A DNA stretch of 64,000 nucleotides. Source: an uncultured Planctomycetota bacterium. GTDB taxonomy: Bacteria > Planctomycetota > PLA2 > JAEUHO01. Positions 56,201 through 64,000 of this stretch are shown here, in pieces. A program made the translations under genes and the position numbers. The stretch is from NCBI GenBank assembly GCA_963752285.1, contig CAVVXN010000005.1, positions 384,001-448,000 of the forward strand. The letters run 5' to 3'. Numbering within the stretch: the first letter of the stretch is position 1; every line of letters begins with the position of its first letter. The notes under the pieces were generated by a model. The model saw nothing but the letters and a program-made list of their open reading frames with translations. It made no database searches and had not been told where the DNA came from.

Positions 56201-57235
56201 CTCGAGAAGGCGCTCCTCGCCGAGCCGAAGGACGCCCGCTCGCTGGACCTGTACGCGCGTTCGCTCGTCGCGCTGGGGCGCGACGCGGACGCGCTGCCCA
56301 TCTGGCGGCGGCTGGACGAGGTCCGGCCCGACGACGCGCACGTGCTCGACGGGCTCGGCGGCGCGCTCGTCCGTCTCGGCCGATACGACGACGCGGTGCC
56401 CGTGCTCGAGCGGGCGACGGGCCTCGACGGCGAGGTGCGTGACGCGTGGTACGACCTGGGGCTCGCACGGTCCCGGACGAAGCAGCCGAAGGCGGCGGCC
56501 GAGGCGCTGGAGCACGCGGTCGCGATCGACGCGGACCACCTCCCGTCCTGGCTGGAGATGGCGCGGGCCTACCAGGCGACGGGCGACGACGAGAACGCGC
56601 TGCGCGCGTACGAGCGCGTGCTGGAGCTCGATCCCAAGCACGTCGAGGCCGCGCTCGCCGCGCCGGAGTGTCTGTGGCGCCTCGGGCGATTCGACGACGC
56701 GCTCCGCGCCTACGACCGGGCGAAGGACGTCGATCCGAAGAACCCCGACCCGTTCGCCTCGACGATCGGCGTGCGCATCGAGACCCGACGGCTCGAGGAC
56801 GCGCTCCGTGACGCGGAGGCGGCGACGAAGCGCTTCCCCGAGACGATCACCTTCGCGCGGGACGTCGTCGCGTGCCTCCGGGGCCTCCGGCGCGACGGCG
56901 ACGCGTCGCGCCGGGCGATGGCGTTCCTCGACGCGACGCCGAGGTGGAAGGACTCGGTGGACCTCGCGTATCTGCAGGCCGCGGCGGGCCGCGGCGCCGA
57001 GGCGCGCTCGACGATCGCCCGCCTGGGCGAGGTCTCCGGGATCGACCGGCGCATCGTTCTCGCGATGGTCTACGTGGCCCTCGGAGAGAAGCTCAACGCG
57101 ATCGACGTGCTCGAGAAGCTGGTGGACGACGGCTGGAGGCTCCGCCCGCGCGGCCGGCCCCTCCCGGAGTTCGACCGTCTCGAGGGAAACCGCCGCTTCG
57201 TCCAGGTGATCGCCCGCGCCCAGTCGGGCGGCTGA
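53258..57235 (+). CDS. Membrane-anchored tetratricopeptide repeat protein with Pro-rich N-terminal linker
   Basis: Short helical N-terminus, Pro-rich region, TM, many TPRs (ALELDP, YERALALEP, YDRAKDVDP). Confidence 0.88.
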   Translation: MSEPERVSLVLSEWLAHRDEITPEEMLARHPAIAEELRRNFVSLGVLDAAPAASPAVPPGAGAPAGDASGEAPDAHATAALPRGVLPGRGPPSARRPATEGAGPTAPSGPESPRPDSPEPEPSKPAPPEPAPPAPEPSRPTPPRLARPKPRPPKPEPPKPMPPAPRPVPTPPPPQSPPKAPPSTPAPSAPAPPTRGPTSSRSAAPARARPSPLALVGRHPLVAVAVLVLAAAGAGAFWWMRRSSREADAARRARYEAAIEAAELPRASGPDAWPEAGLRPLETLAEAKVVDPARPEAFLLAALIPGRDATARQEDLAAAVKRGAGPATAAVVEAEIGGQDAPGAVSSAIPDDAAAAAWVEGVALAGRGELADATARLDAAVEAAKGAGVATFARRLRASIRLGSGDLDGAADDLASLTAAGAGADVQVASAWIDHERGKDDAERRFDALLAGAKAEGSADALLRLAAACRQAGARAWHAKTTEAALAAGRRTAALLVARASDDPGAAGDLADEALRLEPKLHAARELRAMASGRAGRVADEIEALEAGLGERPDCPACLARLAWARTRVGPLAEAEPPARRALELDPGAVDPALALARSLLLRGAPGEARAVLEACAKRRPHDARVAAAQGDALRGLGRTQEASAAYERALALEPHLAVAAAGLGRLAERAGAWEDAERRYAEAIAADPTDAACHVARWRVLVRLGRTDERKSALDVAASAADPRVRGHALEALGRLDDASAAYADAEKALGPTAEVLEDRARVATSLGREDDALPLLERAALLAPVRASVEEEIGRAHAAKGEAAPALAAFEKALSLDPDRAAAHAGRARLRLAADDPTGAMADAEAAVRLAPDDAEFRLDHARALVQTGDTKGAETEAREAVRLSPRLVAGLVLVSDLVRRRDGPREEALDLLDRALRAAPDDFGANRRRGEVLFEAGRFADATQSLDRAIASQDDAAVRALRGRALFELKRFDLVATDLEKALLAEPKDARSLDLYARSLVALGRDADALPIWRRLDEVRPDDAHVLDGLGGALVRLGRYDDAVPVLERATGLDGEVRDAWYDLGLARSRTKQPKAAAEALEHAVAIDADHLPSWLEMARAYQATGDDENALRAYERVLELDPKHVEAALAAPECLWRLGRFDDALRAYDRAKDVDPKNPDPFASTIGVRIETRRLEDALRDAEAATKRFPETITFARDVVACLRGLRRDGDASRRAMAFLDATPRWKDSVDLAYLQAAAGRGAEARSTIARLGEVSGIDRRIVLAMVYVALGEKLNAIDVLEKLVDDGWRLRPRGRPLPEFDRLEGNRRFVQVIARAQSGG

Positions 57236-57274
57236 GCCGGCCCCCGCCCGGTCCGTCCTCCCCGGCCGCCCGGC

Positions 57275-57801
57275 ATGGACGCCCTCGTACGGCTCCCGGC
57301 GCTTCGCCCGGGCCCGGGTTCTGGGGAACCGCTCGGACCCTCTTCGACCCGGTGTGGCCCGAGATGTCGTCGCGGATCGGCCGCGCCGCCGAGCGTCGGC
57401 GCCCCGTGGGAAGACGTGACGACGCCGTTCGCGATGTTCGAGAACGGCCGCGCCGTGGCCCCCGTCGGCGTGATCGAGCACCCGATGCTCCTCGCGGGCG
57501 GACCGCGCGCCTGCGCCGGCGCGCCCGCCGTCGGCACGCGCCCGTCCCGCCGGGGTCGCGGTCTCGCGAGCGGCCTGCTCGACGAGGCGATGCGGTGGAT
57601 GGGCGCGCGGTTCCCGATCGGGAGACCCTCCTCGGAAGCGTCGCGGCGCCGTTCGACGCCGTCCGCGGGTGCTTCACGCCCGACCGGCTCGACCCCGACG
57701 CGAGCCCGGAGGAGGTCCCGCCCGCGGAAGGCGTGCTGCAGGTCCGCGGCGCATGGGACCCCGGCGGCCCGGTCGCCATACGCGCCGAGTGGGAGCACTG
57801 A
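57275..57801 (+). pseudogene. Frameshifted, internally deleted GNAT acetyltransferase
   Basis: Homology-like segments alternate between two frames: TLFDPVWPEMSSRIGRAAER / GAPWEDVTTPF...VGTRPSRRGRGLASGLLDEAMRW / FTPDRLD...LQVRG..; contains a RGRG acetyl-CoA motif A. Confidence 0.65.
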
Positions 57802-57851
57802 GGCGTACGGATCTGCGGCGATCCCTCCCGCGGTTCCGGCCGATGCCCGCC

Positions 57852-59363
57852 TCAGTAGGCGCGGGCGTAGAGGACCGTGTGCTTCGCGGGCTGGCCCGTC
57901 ACCAGGTCCTTCCGGCCGGCCGGGTCGGCGCCTTCCAGCGGGATCACGCGGATCGTCGCGTTCGTGCGCTCCTTGACCGTCGCCTCCGTCGCGGCCTCGC
58001 CGTCCCAGCCGCCGCGGTAGAAGCCGGGCTCGGTCTCGATCCGCTGGGCGAGGTCGTCGAGGGTCTCGACCTCGTAGGTGCGCGCCTCCTGGTTCGCCCG
58101 CGCGCGGTGGAGGAGGTCCTTCTGCATCCGGTCGAGGAGCTGGGGCAGGGCCTCCGAGAGGGCGCCGACCGCGAGGGGGGTCTTCGAGCGGTCGTCGCGG
58201 CGCACGGCCATCACGCCGTCCTTCTCGACGTCCCTCGGCCCGACCTCGAGGCGGACCGGCACGCCCCTCCGCTCCCACTCGAAGTACTTCGCGCCGGGCT
58301 TCATGTTCTCGCGGTCGTCCACCTTCACGCGGTGGCCGAGCGCGCGGACCGCCCGCTCGACCTTGGCCACGTGCGCCATCACCGCGTCCTTCTCCTCGCC
58401 GCGCCGGTAGATCGGCACGATCACGAAGGGCGTGGGGGCGACCCTCGGCGGCAGCACGAGGCCGGTGTCGTCGGAGTGGGCCATCACGAGCCCGCCGATC
58501 AACCGCGTGGAGACGCCCCACGACGTGGCCCACACGAAGTCGCGCACGCCGGCCTGGTCCTGGAACGTCACGTCGAAGGCCTTCGCGAAGTTCTGGCCCA
58601 GGAAGTGGCTCGTGCCCGCCTGGAGGGCCCAGCCGTTCTGCATGAGCGCCTCGATCGAGAAGGTCTCGACCGCGCCCGGAAACCGCTCGCTCGGCGTCTT
58701 CACGCCCTGCACGACGGGCAGCGCGAGGACCTCCTCGCAGAAGTCGCGGTACACGTCGAGGATCGTGCGCGCCTCGGCCATCGCCTCGTCGCTCGTGGCG
58801 TGCGCCGTGTGGCCCTCCTGCCACAGGAACTCCGCGGTGCGCAGGAACGGGCGCGTCCGCATCTCCCAGCGCACGACGTTCGCCCACTGGTTGTAGAGGA
58901 GCGGCAGGTCGCGCCAGGAGTCGATCCACTTCCCGTACATGTGCCAGATCACCGTCTCCGACGTCGGCCGGATGACGTACTCCTCCTCGAGCCGGCTCGC
59001 GGGATCGGGCTCCACCGTCCGAACGCCGTCCTTCTCCACGGTCCGCAGCCGGTAGTGCGTGACGATCGCGCACTCCTTCGCGAAGCCCTCGACGTGCTCC
59101 GCCTCCTTCGCGAGGAACGACTTCGGGATCAGCAGCGGGAAGTAGACGTTCTCGTGGCCGGTCGCGCGGAAGCGGCGGTCGAGGTCCTCGCGGATCGCCT
59201 CCCAGATGCCGTAGCCGTTCGGGCGGATCACCATGCACCCGCGTACGGGCGCGTAGTCCATGAGCTCGCCCTGCTGGACCACGTCCAGGTACCACTGGCT
59301 GTAGTCCTCGGCCCGGGGCGTGATCCGGGCCGATTCCTTGGAGGCGTCCGCCGACTGCGCCAT
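57852..59363 (-). CDS. proS: Proline--tRNA ligase (archaeal/eukaryotic-type)
   Basis: DYSQWY, YFPLLIP, RPTSET, NQWANVVRWE, FLRTAEFLWQEGHTAH, LQAGTSHFLGQNF, TSWGVSTR, C-terminal ARAY. Confidence 0.97.
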   Translation of the reverse strand: MAQSADASKESARITPRAEDYSQWYLDVVQQGELMDYAPVRGCMVIRPNGYGIWEAIREDLDRRFRATGHENVYFPLLIPKSFLAKEAEHVEGFAKECAIVTHYRLRTVEKDGVRTVEPDPASRLEEEYVIRPTSETVIWHMYGKWIDSWRDLPLLYNQWANVVRWEMRTRPFLRTAEFLWQEGHTAHATSDEAMAEARTILDVYRDFCEEVLALPVVQGVKTPSERFPGAVETFSIEALMQNGWALQAGTSHFLGQNFAKAFDVTFQDQAGVRDFVWATSWGVSTRLIGGLVMAHSDDTGLVLPPRVAPTPFVIVPIYRRGEEKDAVMAHVAKVERAVRALGHRVKVDDRENMKPGAKYFEWERRGVPVRLEVGPRDVEKDGVMAVRRDDRSKTPLAVGALSEALPQLLDRMQKDLLHRARANQEARTYEVETLDDLAQRIETEPGFYRGGWDGEAATEATVKERTNATIRVIPLEGADPAGRKDLVTGQPAKHTVLYARAY

Positions 59364-59426
59364 CGTGCTGCTCCGGGGTCGAACGGAGGAGCGTACCCAG
59401 GCCCGACCGATTTCCCCCTTCAGCGT

Positions 59427-59456
59427 GCGACCGTCCTAGGACGATGGGACGGTCGC
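59427..59456. promoter_or_regulatory. Probable GntR/YtrA operator (inverted repeat)
   Basis: GCGACCGTCC-N10-GGACGGTCGC perfect inverted repeat ending 1 nt before the GntR start; contains the palindrome CGTCCTAGGACG. Confidence 0.65.
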
Positions 59457-59457
59457 C

Positions 59458-59859
59458 GTGGACCTCCGCGTCGATCCCAGCCGCCCGGAATCGCCGAGCC
59501 GCCAGCTCGTGGACGCCGTCCTCTTCGCCCTCGCCAAGGGGGACCTCGCGGTGGGGGACCGCCTCCCGAGCGTCCGGACGCTGGCCGCCGAGGCGCTCGT
59601 GAACCCCAACACCGTGGGGAAGGCGTACCGCGAGCTCGAGCTCCTGGGCGTGGTGGAGGGACGCTCGGGCGCGGGCGTGTTCGTTACGAGCGAGGGCCCC
59701 GCGCTCGCGCGGAAGGACCGCCGCGGACGGACGCTCGACGGGCTCCGTCAGGCGGTCGAGGCGGCGCTCGCCGCGGGCCACGATCCGGAGCGGATCCTGG
59801 CCCTCGTGGAAGACCACCTGCCCCGGTCCCTGGCGACCGGGATCGCGAGGACCGCATGA
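59458..59859 (+). CDS. GntR family transcriptional regulator (YtrA subfamily)
   Basis: GDRLPSVRTLA, VNPNTVGKAYRELE, G.G.FV; short C-terminus; precedes an ABC ATPase. Confidence 0.93.
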   Translation: MDLRVDPSRPESPSRQLVDAVLFALAKGDLAVGDRLPSVRTLAAEALVNPNTVGKAYRELELLGVVEGRSGAGVFVTSEGPALARKDRRGRTLDGLRQAVEAALAAGHDPERILALVEDHLPRSLATGIARTA

Positions 59860-60590
59860 ACGAGCCGTCGATCGAGATCCGCGGCCTCACCGTCTCGTAC
59901 GGCCGCCGGCGCGTGCTGGAGGGCGTGGACCTCGCGGTGCCCGCCGGCACGACGACCGTCCTCCTCGGCGAGAACGGCGCGGGGAAGAGCACGCTGCTCC
60001 GCGCGCTGCTCGGCGTGGTCCGCGTGGGCGCGGGACGCCTCCGCGTGGCCGGCCTCGACCCGACGCGTCGTCCGGCCGCGGTCCAGCGCGCGGTCGGCTA
60101 CGTGCCCGACCGCCCGGACGCGTACCCGTGGATGCGCGTCTCGGACCTCTTCCGCTTCCTCCGCGCGCACCACGCGGGGTGGGACGCCGCGCACGCCGCC
60201 TCGCTCGTGGAGCGGCTCGAGGTCCCCGAAGACGTGTCCCTCGAGTCGATGAGCCGCGGCCAGGCGATGAAGACGATGCTCGCGGCCGCGCTCGCGCCCA
60301 AGCCCTCCGTGCTGCTCCTGGACGAGCCGTTCGGCGGCCTGGACCCGCTCGTCCGGGAGGAGGTCCTTCGAAACGTCATCGGGGCGCTCGGCGAGACGGC
60401 GCCGACCGTGCTCCTCGCGACGCACGACCTCGAGGTCGCCGCGCGCGTGGCCGACCGGGTGGCGGTCCTCGGGAAGGGGCGGATCCGCGAGGAGGGCCCC
60501 GCCGACGAGATCGGACGCGACGTCGAGCCGAGCCCCGGCGCGAAGCGGCTCCACCGCGCGCTGGCGAGGGTCCACGAGAGGGTCCCCTGA
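59856..60590 (+). CDS. ABC transporter ATP-binding protein (YtrB-like)
   Basis: GENGAGKST, MSRGQ, LLLDEPFGGLD, ATH; ATGA overlap with GntR. Confidence 0.92.
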   Translation: MNEPSIEIRGLTVSYGRRRVLEGVDLAVPAGTTTVLLGENGAGKSTLLRALLGVVRVGAGRLRVAGLDPTRRPAAVQRAVGYVPDRPDAYPWMRVSDLFRFLRAHHAGWDAAHAASLVERLEVPEDVSLESMSRGQAMKTMLAAALAPKPSVLLLDEPFGGLDPLVREEVLRNVIGALGETAPTVLLATHDLEVAARVADRVAVLGKGRIREEGPADEIGRDVEPSPGAKRLHRALARVHERVP

Positions 60591-62488
60591 TGCGCTCCTT
60601 CCTCCTCCGACTCGGCGCTCACGTCCACAAGGAGGCCCGCGACCAGCGGGCCGTGTTCCTGGGGGTGGCCCTCGCGCTGCCCGTCCTCACGTTTCTCGCC
60701 TTCTGGGCGTTCGGAGACCGCCTCAGCGCGGCGTCGGCCACCGACGTGGCGGGCGCGGTGCTCCCCGTCGCGCTGATCCTCTTCGTGCTGGGCGTCGCGT
60801 CCGACCTCGGCGCGGGCGAGGTGCGCCGCGGCACGGTGGCGTTCCTCCGGCGGACGCCCAACGGTCTCTCGACCGCGTTCTTCGCGAAGGCGATCGCCCT
60901 GGCGCTCGGGGCCGCGGCGATCCTCGCCTGGCAGGCGGCGGTCCTCCTCGGCGCCCACGGGCTCCTGGGCGCCGGTCCGGGCGCCGGGTTCCTCGAGACG
61001 CTCCGCGCGGGCGTTCTCTGTCCGCCGACGATCCTCGTGCTCCTCCTCGCCGGATGGGTCTTCCTCGCCTCGACGTGGCTCCGACACGGCGGCGTGGCGA
61101 TCGTGCTCGCGCCGCTCCTCGCCGGCGCGCTCGGCCTGCCGGCGGTCCTCTGGGCCCGCTCGCACGCCCTGCTGGCCCGCTGGCTGGCGCACGACCTCGG
61201 CGTCGCCTCGCTCCTCGTCGTCGTCGTCGCGCTCCTGCCGCTCCTCGCTGCGGGCGTGGCGTTCGTGCGGGGACGTCGCCACGTGGGATCCGGGTTCGCC
61301 GCGGTCGTGGGCGGGCTCGCGGTCCTCGTCGTCCTGGGCGGGAGCGCGTACGCCTACGCCGGACTGCGCCTCCACGGGCTCCTCGACTTCGCGCCGGGCG
61401 ACGCCGACGTGGTCCTCGCCCAGCCACTGCTCTCGCCCTCCGGGCGCGTGGCGTGGCTCGAAGCGGCGCGCGTCCTCGATGCCCCGGCGCGTGAGCTCAC
61501 CGCGACGCGCGCGTGGCGGATCGACCTCTCGGACGGCGCCGCCGTCCCGGCGGGCGACTGGGGCGAGCCGACCGAGGCGCCTCGCGCACGGGGCACGTGG
61601 GGGAGCCTCGTGCCCCAACCGCGCCTCGTGCGCTACCGCGCCGGCGTCCTCGACGGGGGCCCGGTCGTCGACTGGCTCGACGCCGAGAGCGGCGCGGCCC
61701 TCAAGACGGTCCCCGTGGGGGTCGATCCCCCCGACGTCTCGGGCTGGCGCCGCGAGGCGGCGCGGCTCGCGTCGCGTGTCCGCGACGCCCAGGGACGACG
61801 CGTGTGGCTCCGCGCCTCGGACGGCGCGATCGAGCGCGAGGGCGAGGAGGGGCCGCCGGCCGCGCGCCCGTCCGAGGTCCCGTTCTTCGCCGGCATCCCC
61901 GGCGGCTGGCTCGGGTACGACGCGCGTTCGAAGACGGTCACGCTCGACGCCACGTCCGGCGAGGTCCGCACGCTCGACCGGCCCGGTTGGACCGTCGTCA
62001 CATGGCTCTCGCCCGCGCACGGACTGGCCTGGGGTCCCGAGGCGCGCGTATTCGACCTCGCGACGGGCGAGAGCGCGCCGGTGCGGGGCCGACCCGCCGG
62101 CGCGGGCATCCTCCTCGGCGCGGTCGATCGCGACCGGGTGCTCGTGGCGGGCGGCGGGCCCGGGGCGCGACGCGCGACGCTCTGGAACCCGGTCACGGGC
62201 GAGGCCACCGTTCCCGCGGGCCTGTCGGACCTCGAGGTGGCGTCGTGGTACGTCGCGGGCTTCGACGCCGAGGACCGGCAGGTCTGGCTCGTGGCCTCGT
62301 CCGACGGGACCCGCGTCGTGCGATGGGAGCCGGATGGCGACCGGGCGACCGTGCTGGGGATCTGCGACCGCGACGCGAACGTCTTCGCGCTCCGGGAGGA
62401 CGGGAGCGTCTACGTCCTCGAGGCCGGGCGGCGGATCGTCCGGTACGGGCCCGCGGCGGGGCAGCGCGCGGTGCTCTTCCCGCGCTGA
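60590..62488 (+). CDS. ABC-2-type permease-like membrane protein with C-terminal extracytoplasmic beta-propeller-like domain
   Basis: HKEARDQR, GE.RRGT..FL.R.P...FFAK permease motifs, about 8 TMs, then a beta-rich domain; TGATG overlap. Confidence 0.75.
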   Translation: MRSFLLRLGAHVHKEARDQRAVFLGVALALPVLTFLAFWAFGDRLSAASATDVAGAVLPVALILFVLGVASDLGAGEVRRGTVAFLRRTPNGLSTAFFAKAIALALGAAAILAWQAAVLLGAHGLLGAGPGAGFLETLRAGVLCPPTILVLLLAGWVFLASTWLRHGGVAIVLAPLLAGALGLPAVLWARSHALLARWLAHDLGVASLLVVVVALLPLLAAGVAFVRGRRHVGSGFAAVVGGLAVLVVLGGSAYAYAGLRLHGLLDFAPGDADVVLAQPLLSPSGRVAWLEAARVLDAPARELTATRAWRIDLSDGAAVPAGDWGEPTEAPRARGTWGSLVPQPRLVRYRAGVLDGGPVVDWLDAESGAALKTVPVGVDPPDVSGWRREAARLASRVRDAQGRRVWLRASDGAIEREGEEGPPAARPSEVPFFAGIPGGWLGYDARSKTVTLDATSGEVRTLDRPGWTVVTWLSPAHGLAWGPEARVFDLATGESAPVRGRPAGAGILLGAVDRDRVLVAGGGPGARRATLWNPVTGEATVPAGLSDLEVASWYVAGFDAEDRQVWLVASSDGTRVVRWEPDGDRATVLGICDRDANVFALREDGSVYVLEAGRRIVRYGPAAGQRAVLFPR

Positions 62489-62506
62489 GCGGGAGACGGG
62501 CGGGGC

Positions 62507-63493
62507 TCAGCGCGCCGAGATCTCGAGCATCCTCTGGACGGGGCGAAGCGCCTTCTCCTGGATCTCGGCCGGCACCGTCACCTCGGGCTGGAGGTCGCGG
62601 AGGCAGAGGTAGAGCTTCTCCATCGTGTTGAGGCGCATGTAGGGGCACGTCGCGCACTGGCAGCCCGAGTCGGCCGGCGCACCGATCAGCTCCGCGTCCG
62701 GACGGACCTTCCGCATCTGGTGGAGGATCCCCATCTCCGTCGCGACGATGAAGCTCTTCTTCGGGCTCTCCTTCACGTGGCGGACCAGCTTCGCGGTCGA
62801 GCCGATGAAGTCGGAGAGGTCGAGCACGGACTGCTCGCACTCGGGGTGCGAGATCAGCTCCGCGTCGGGATGGTCCTGCTTCATCGCGAACAGGCGCCGC
62901 GCGGTGAACTGCTCGTGGACGACGCAGAACCCCGGCCACAGGACCATCTTCCGTCCGGTCTGCTTCTCGACCCAGCGCCCGAGGTGGCGGTCGGGGGCGA
63001 AGACGACCGGCTGGTCCCTCGGGATCGACTCCACGATCTTCACGGCATTGCTGGACGTGCAGATCAGGTCGGAGAGCGCCTTGATCGCCGCCGAGGTGTT
63101 GATGTAGCTCACGACGACGTGGCCGGGGTACTGCTCGAGCCACTTCGCGAACGCGTCCGGCGGGCACCGGTCGGCGAGGCTGCAGCCCGCGTCCGTGTCG
63201 GGCATCACGACGATCTTCCCGGGGTTCAGGATCTTCGCCGTCTCGGCCATGAAGTGGACGCCCGCGAACGCGATCACGTCGGCGTCGGTCTTCGCGGCGG
63301 CCTGCGAGAGGCCGAGGCTGTCGCCGACGTGGTCGGCGAGGTCCTGGATCTCGCTCTCCTGGTAGTAGTGCGCCAGGATCACCGCGTTTCGCTCGTGCCG
63401 GAGGCGGTCGATCTCCGCCTCGAGGTCGAGCGACGGGTCGATCGGCGCGCGGTCGAGGAGCGGGAGGGGATGCGGTGCGGCCGTGGGGGTCAT
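62507..63493 (-). CDS. nadA: Quinolinate synthase
   Basis: [54 protein letters not shown]. Confidence 0.97.
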   Translation of the reverse strand: MTPTAAPHPLPLLDRAPIDPSLDLEAEIDRLRHERNAVILAHYYQESEIQDLADHVGDSLGLSQAAAKTDADVIAFAGVHFMAETAKILNPGKIVVMPDTDAGCSLADRCPPDAFAKWLEQYPGHVVVSYINTSAAIKALSDLICTSSNAVKIVESIPRDQPVVFAPDRHLGRWVEKQTGRKMVLWPGFCVVHEQFTARRLFAMKQDHPDAELISHPECEQSVLDLSDFIGSTAKLVRHVKESPKKSFIVATEMGILHQMRKVRPDAELIGAPADSGCQCATCPYMRLNTMEKLYLCLRDLQPEVTVPAEIQEKALRPVQRMLEISAR

Positions 63494-64000
63494 CTCGGTT
63501 CCGGTTTCGCCTCGCGTCCCGTGCGTCGGGGTCCGAGCGCGCCTCGACCATACCCCCGATCCGACGGCGAGAGGTCGGGCAGCGGACCCGCTTCGAACGG
63601 GCCCCCGGGCAAGATCTCGGACGCGTGGACGAGCATCCGCCGACGAACGTCCGCGAGGTCCACGTCGCGGTCGAGAAGCTCCGCCATCGACGACATCACT
63701 CCGCCGTCGAGGCCGCACGGGGAGAAGACGCGGAACGTGGAGAGGTTCGGACGGACGTTCAGCGCGAGCCCGTGCCAGGTGACCCAGCGGCGCACGGCGA
63801 TCCCGAGGCTCATCAGCTTCCGCCCGTGTGCCCAGACGCCCGTGTGCGGCGGGCGCCGCACGCCCTCCACGCCGGAGTCGGCGAGCGTGCGGATCCCGAT
63901 CTCCTCCAGGTCGCGTTGGAAGCGATGCAGGTCGCGGCGCGACTCGGTCAGGTGGACGATCGGGTAGAGGACGAGCTGGCCGGGGCCGTGCCACGTCGCC
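63490..64000 (-). CDS. lipB: Lipoyl(octanoyl) transferase, 5'-truncated by the window edge
   Basis: [40 protein letters not shown]; its stop overlaps the nadA ATG. Confidence 0.9.
   Translation of the reverse strand, partial: ATWHGPGQLVLYPIVHLTESRRDLHRFQRDLEEIGIRTLADSGVEGVRRPPHTGVWAHGRKLMSLGIAVRRWVTWHGLALNVRPNLSTFRVFSPCGLDGGVMSSMAELLDRDVDLADVRRRMLVHASEILPGGPFEAGPLPDLSPSDRGYGRGALGPRRTGREAKPEPR

Noticed and set aside
8069..57481. Many very long overlapping ORFs (e.g. 8069..11893, 12990..17666, 17727..23762, 18863..26308, 53279..57481)
   Set aside because: Arg/Pro/Gly-rich shadow frames expected at very high GC; only the 3' parts with recognisable motifs were kept as genes.

Overview
Very GC-rich bacterial chromosomal window from a diderm, LPS-making organism (lpxB and lpxD present). 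The protein repertoire suggests Planctomycetota or a similar lineage; this is inference only. About 44 densely packed CDSs: a 2-oxoacid:ferredoxin oxidoreductase pair, a two-subunit CoA-transferase, a cysteine desulfurase, a PAS hybrid kinase, lipid and LPS enzymes, an S9 peptidase, an MFS transporter, an alpha-2-macroglobulin/PBP1C operon, a sugar-dehydrogenase/diheme cytochrome lipoprotein, an aminotransferase plus an atypical transketolase, a UvrA-like ATPase, a Cas4/AddB-like nuclease, large secreted and TPR proteins, proS, a GntR(YtrA)-ABC operon, nadA and a partial lipB. No rRNA, tRNA, CRISPR array or intact mobile element was recognised. The best new observation is a small minus-strand gene absent from the ORF track (50086-49922). 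It has its own -10 box, strong RBS and lipoprotein signal, and an in-frame TGA followed by a SECIS-like hairpin, so it is a candidate 54-aa seleno-lipoprotein. Also found: two cryptic gene remnants, a structured intergenic segment, a probable YtrA operator, several apparently leaderless genes and several unusual domain architectures. Family assignments come from motif recognition by eye, not from database searches.
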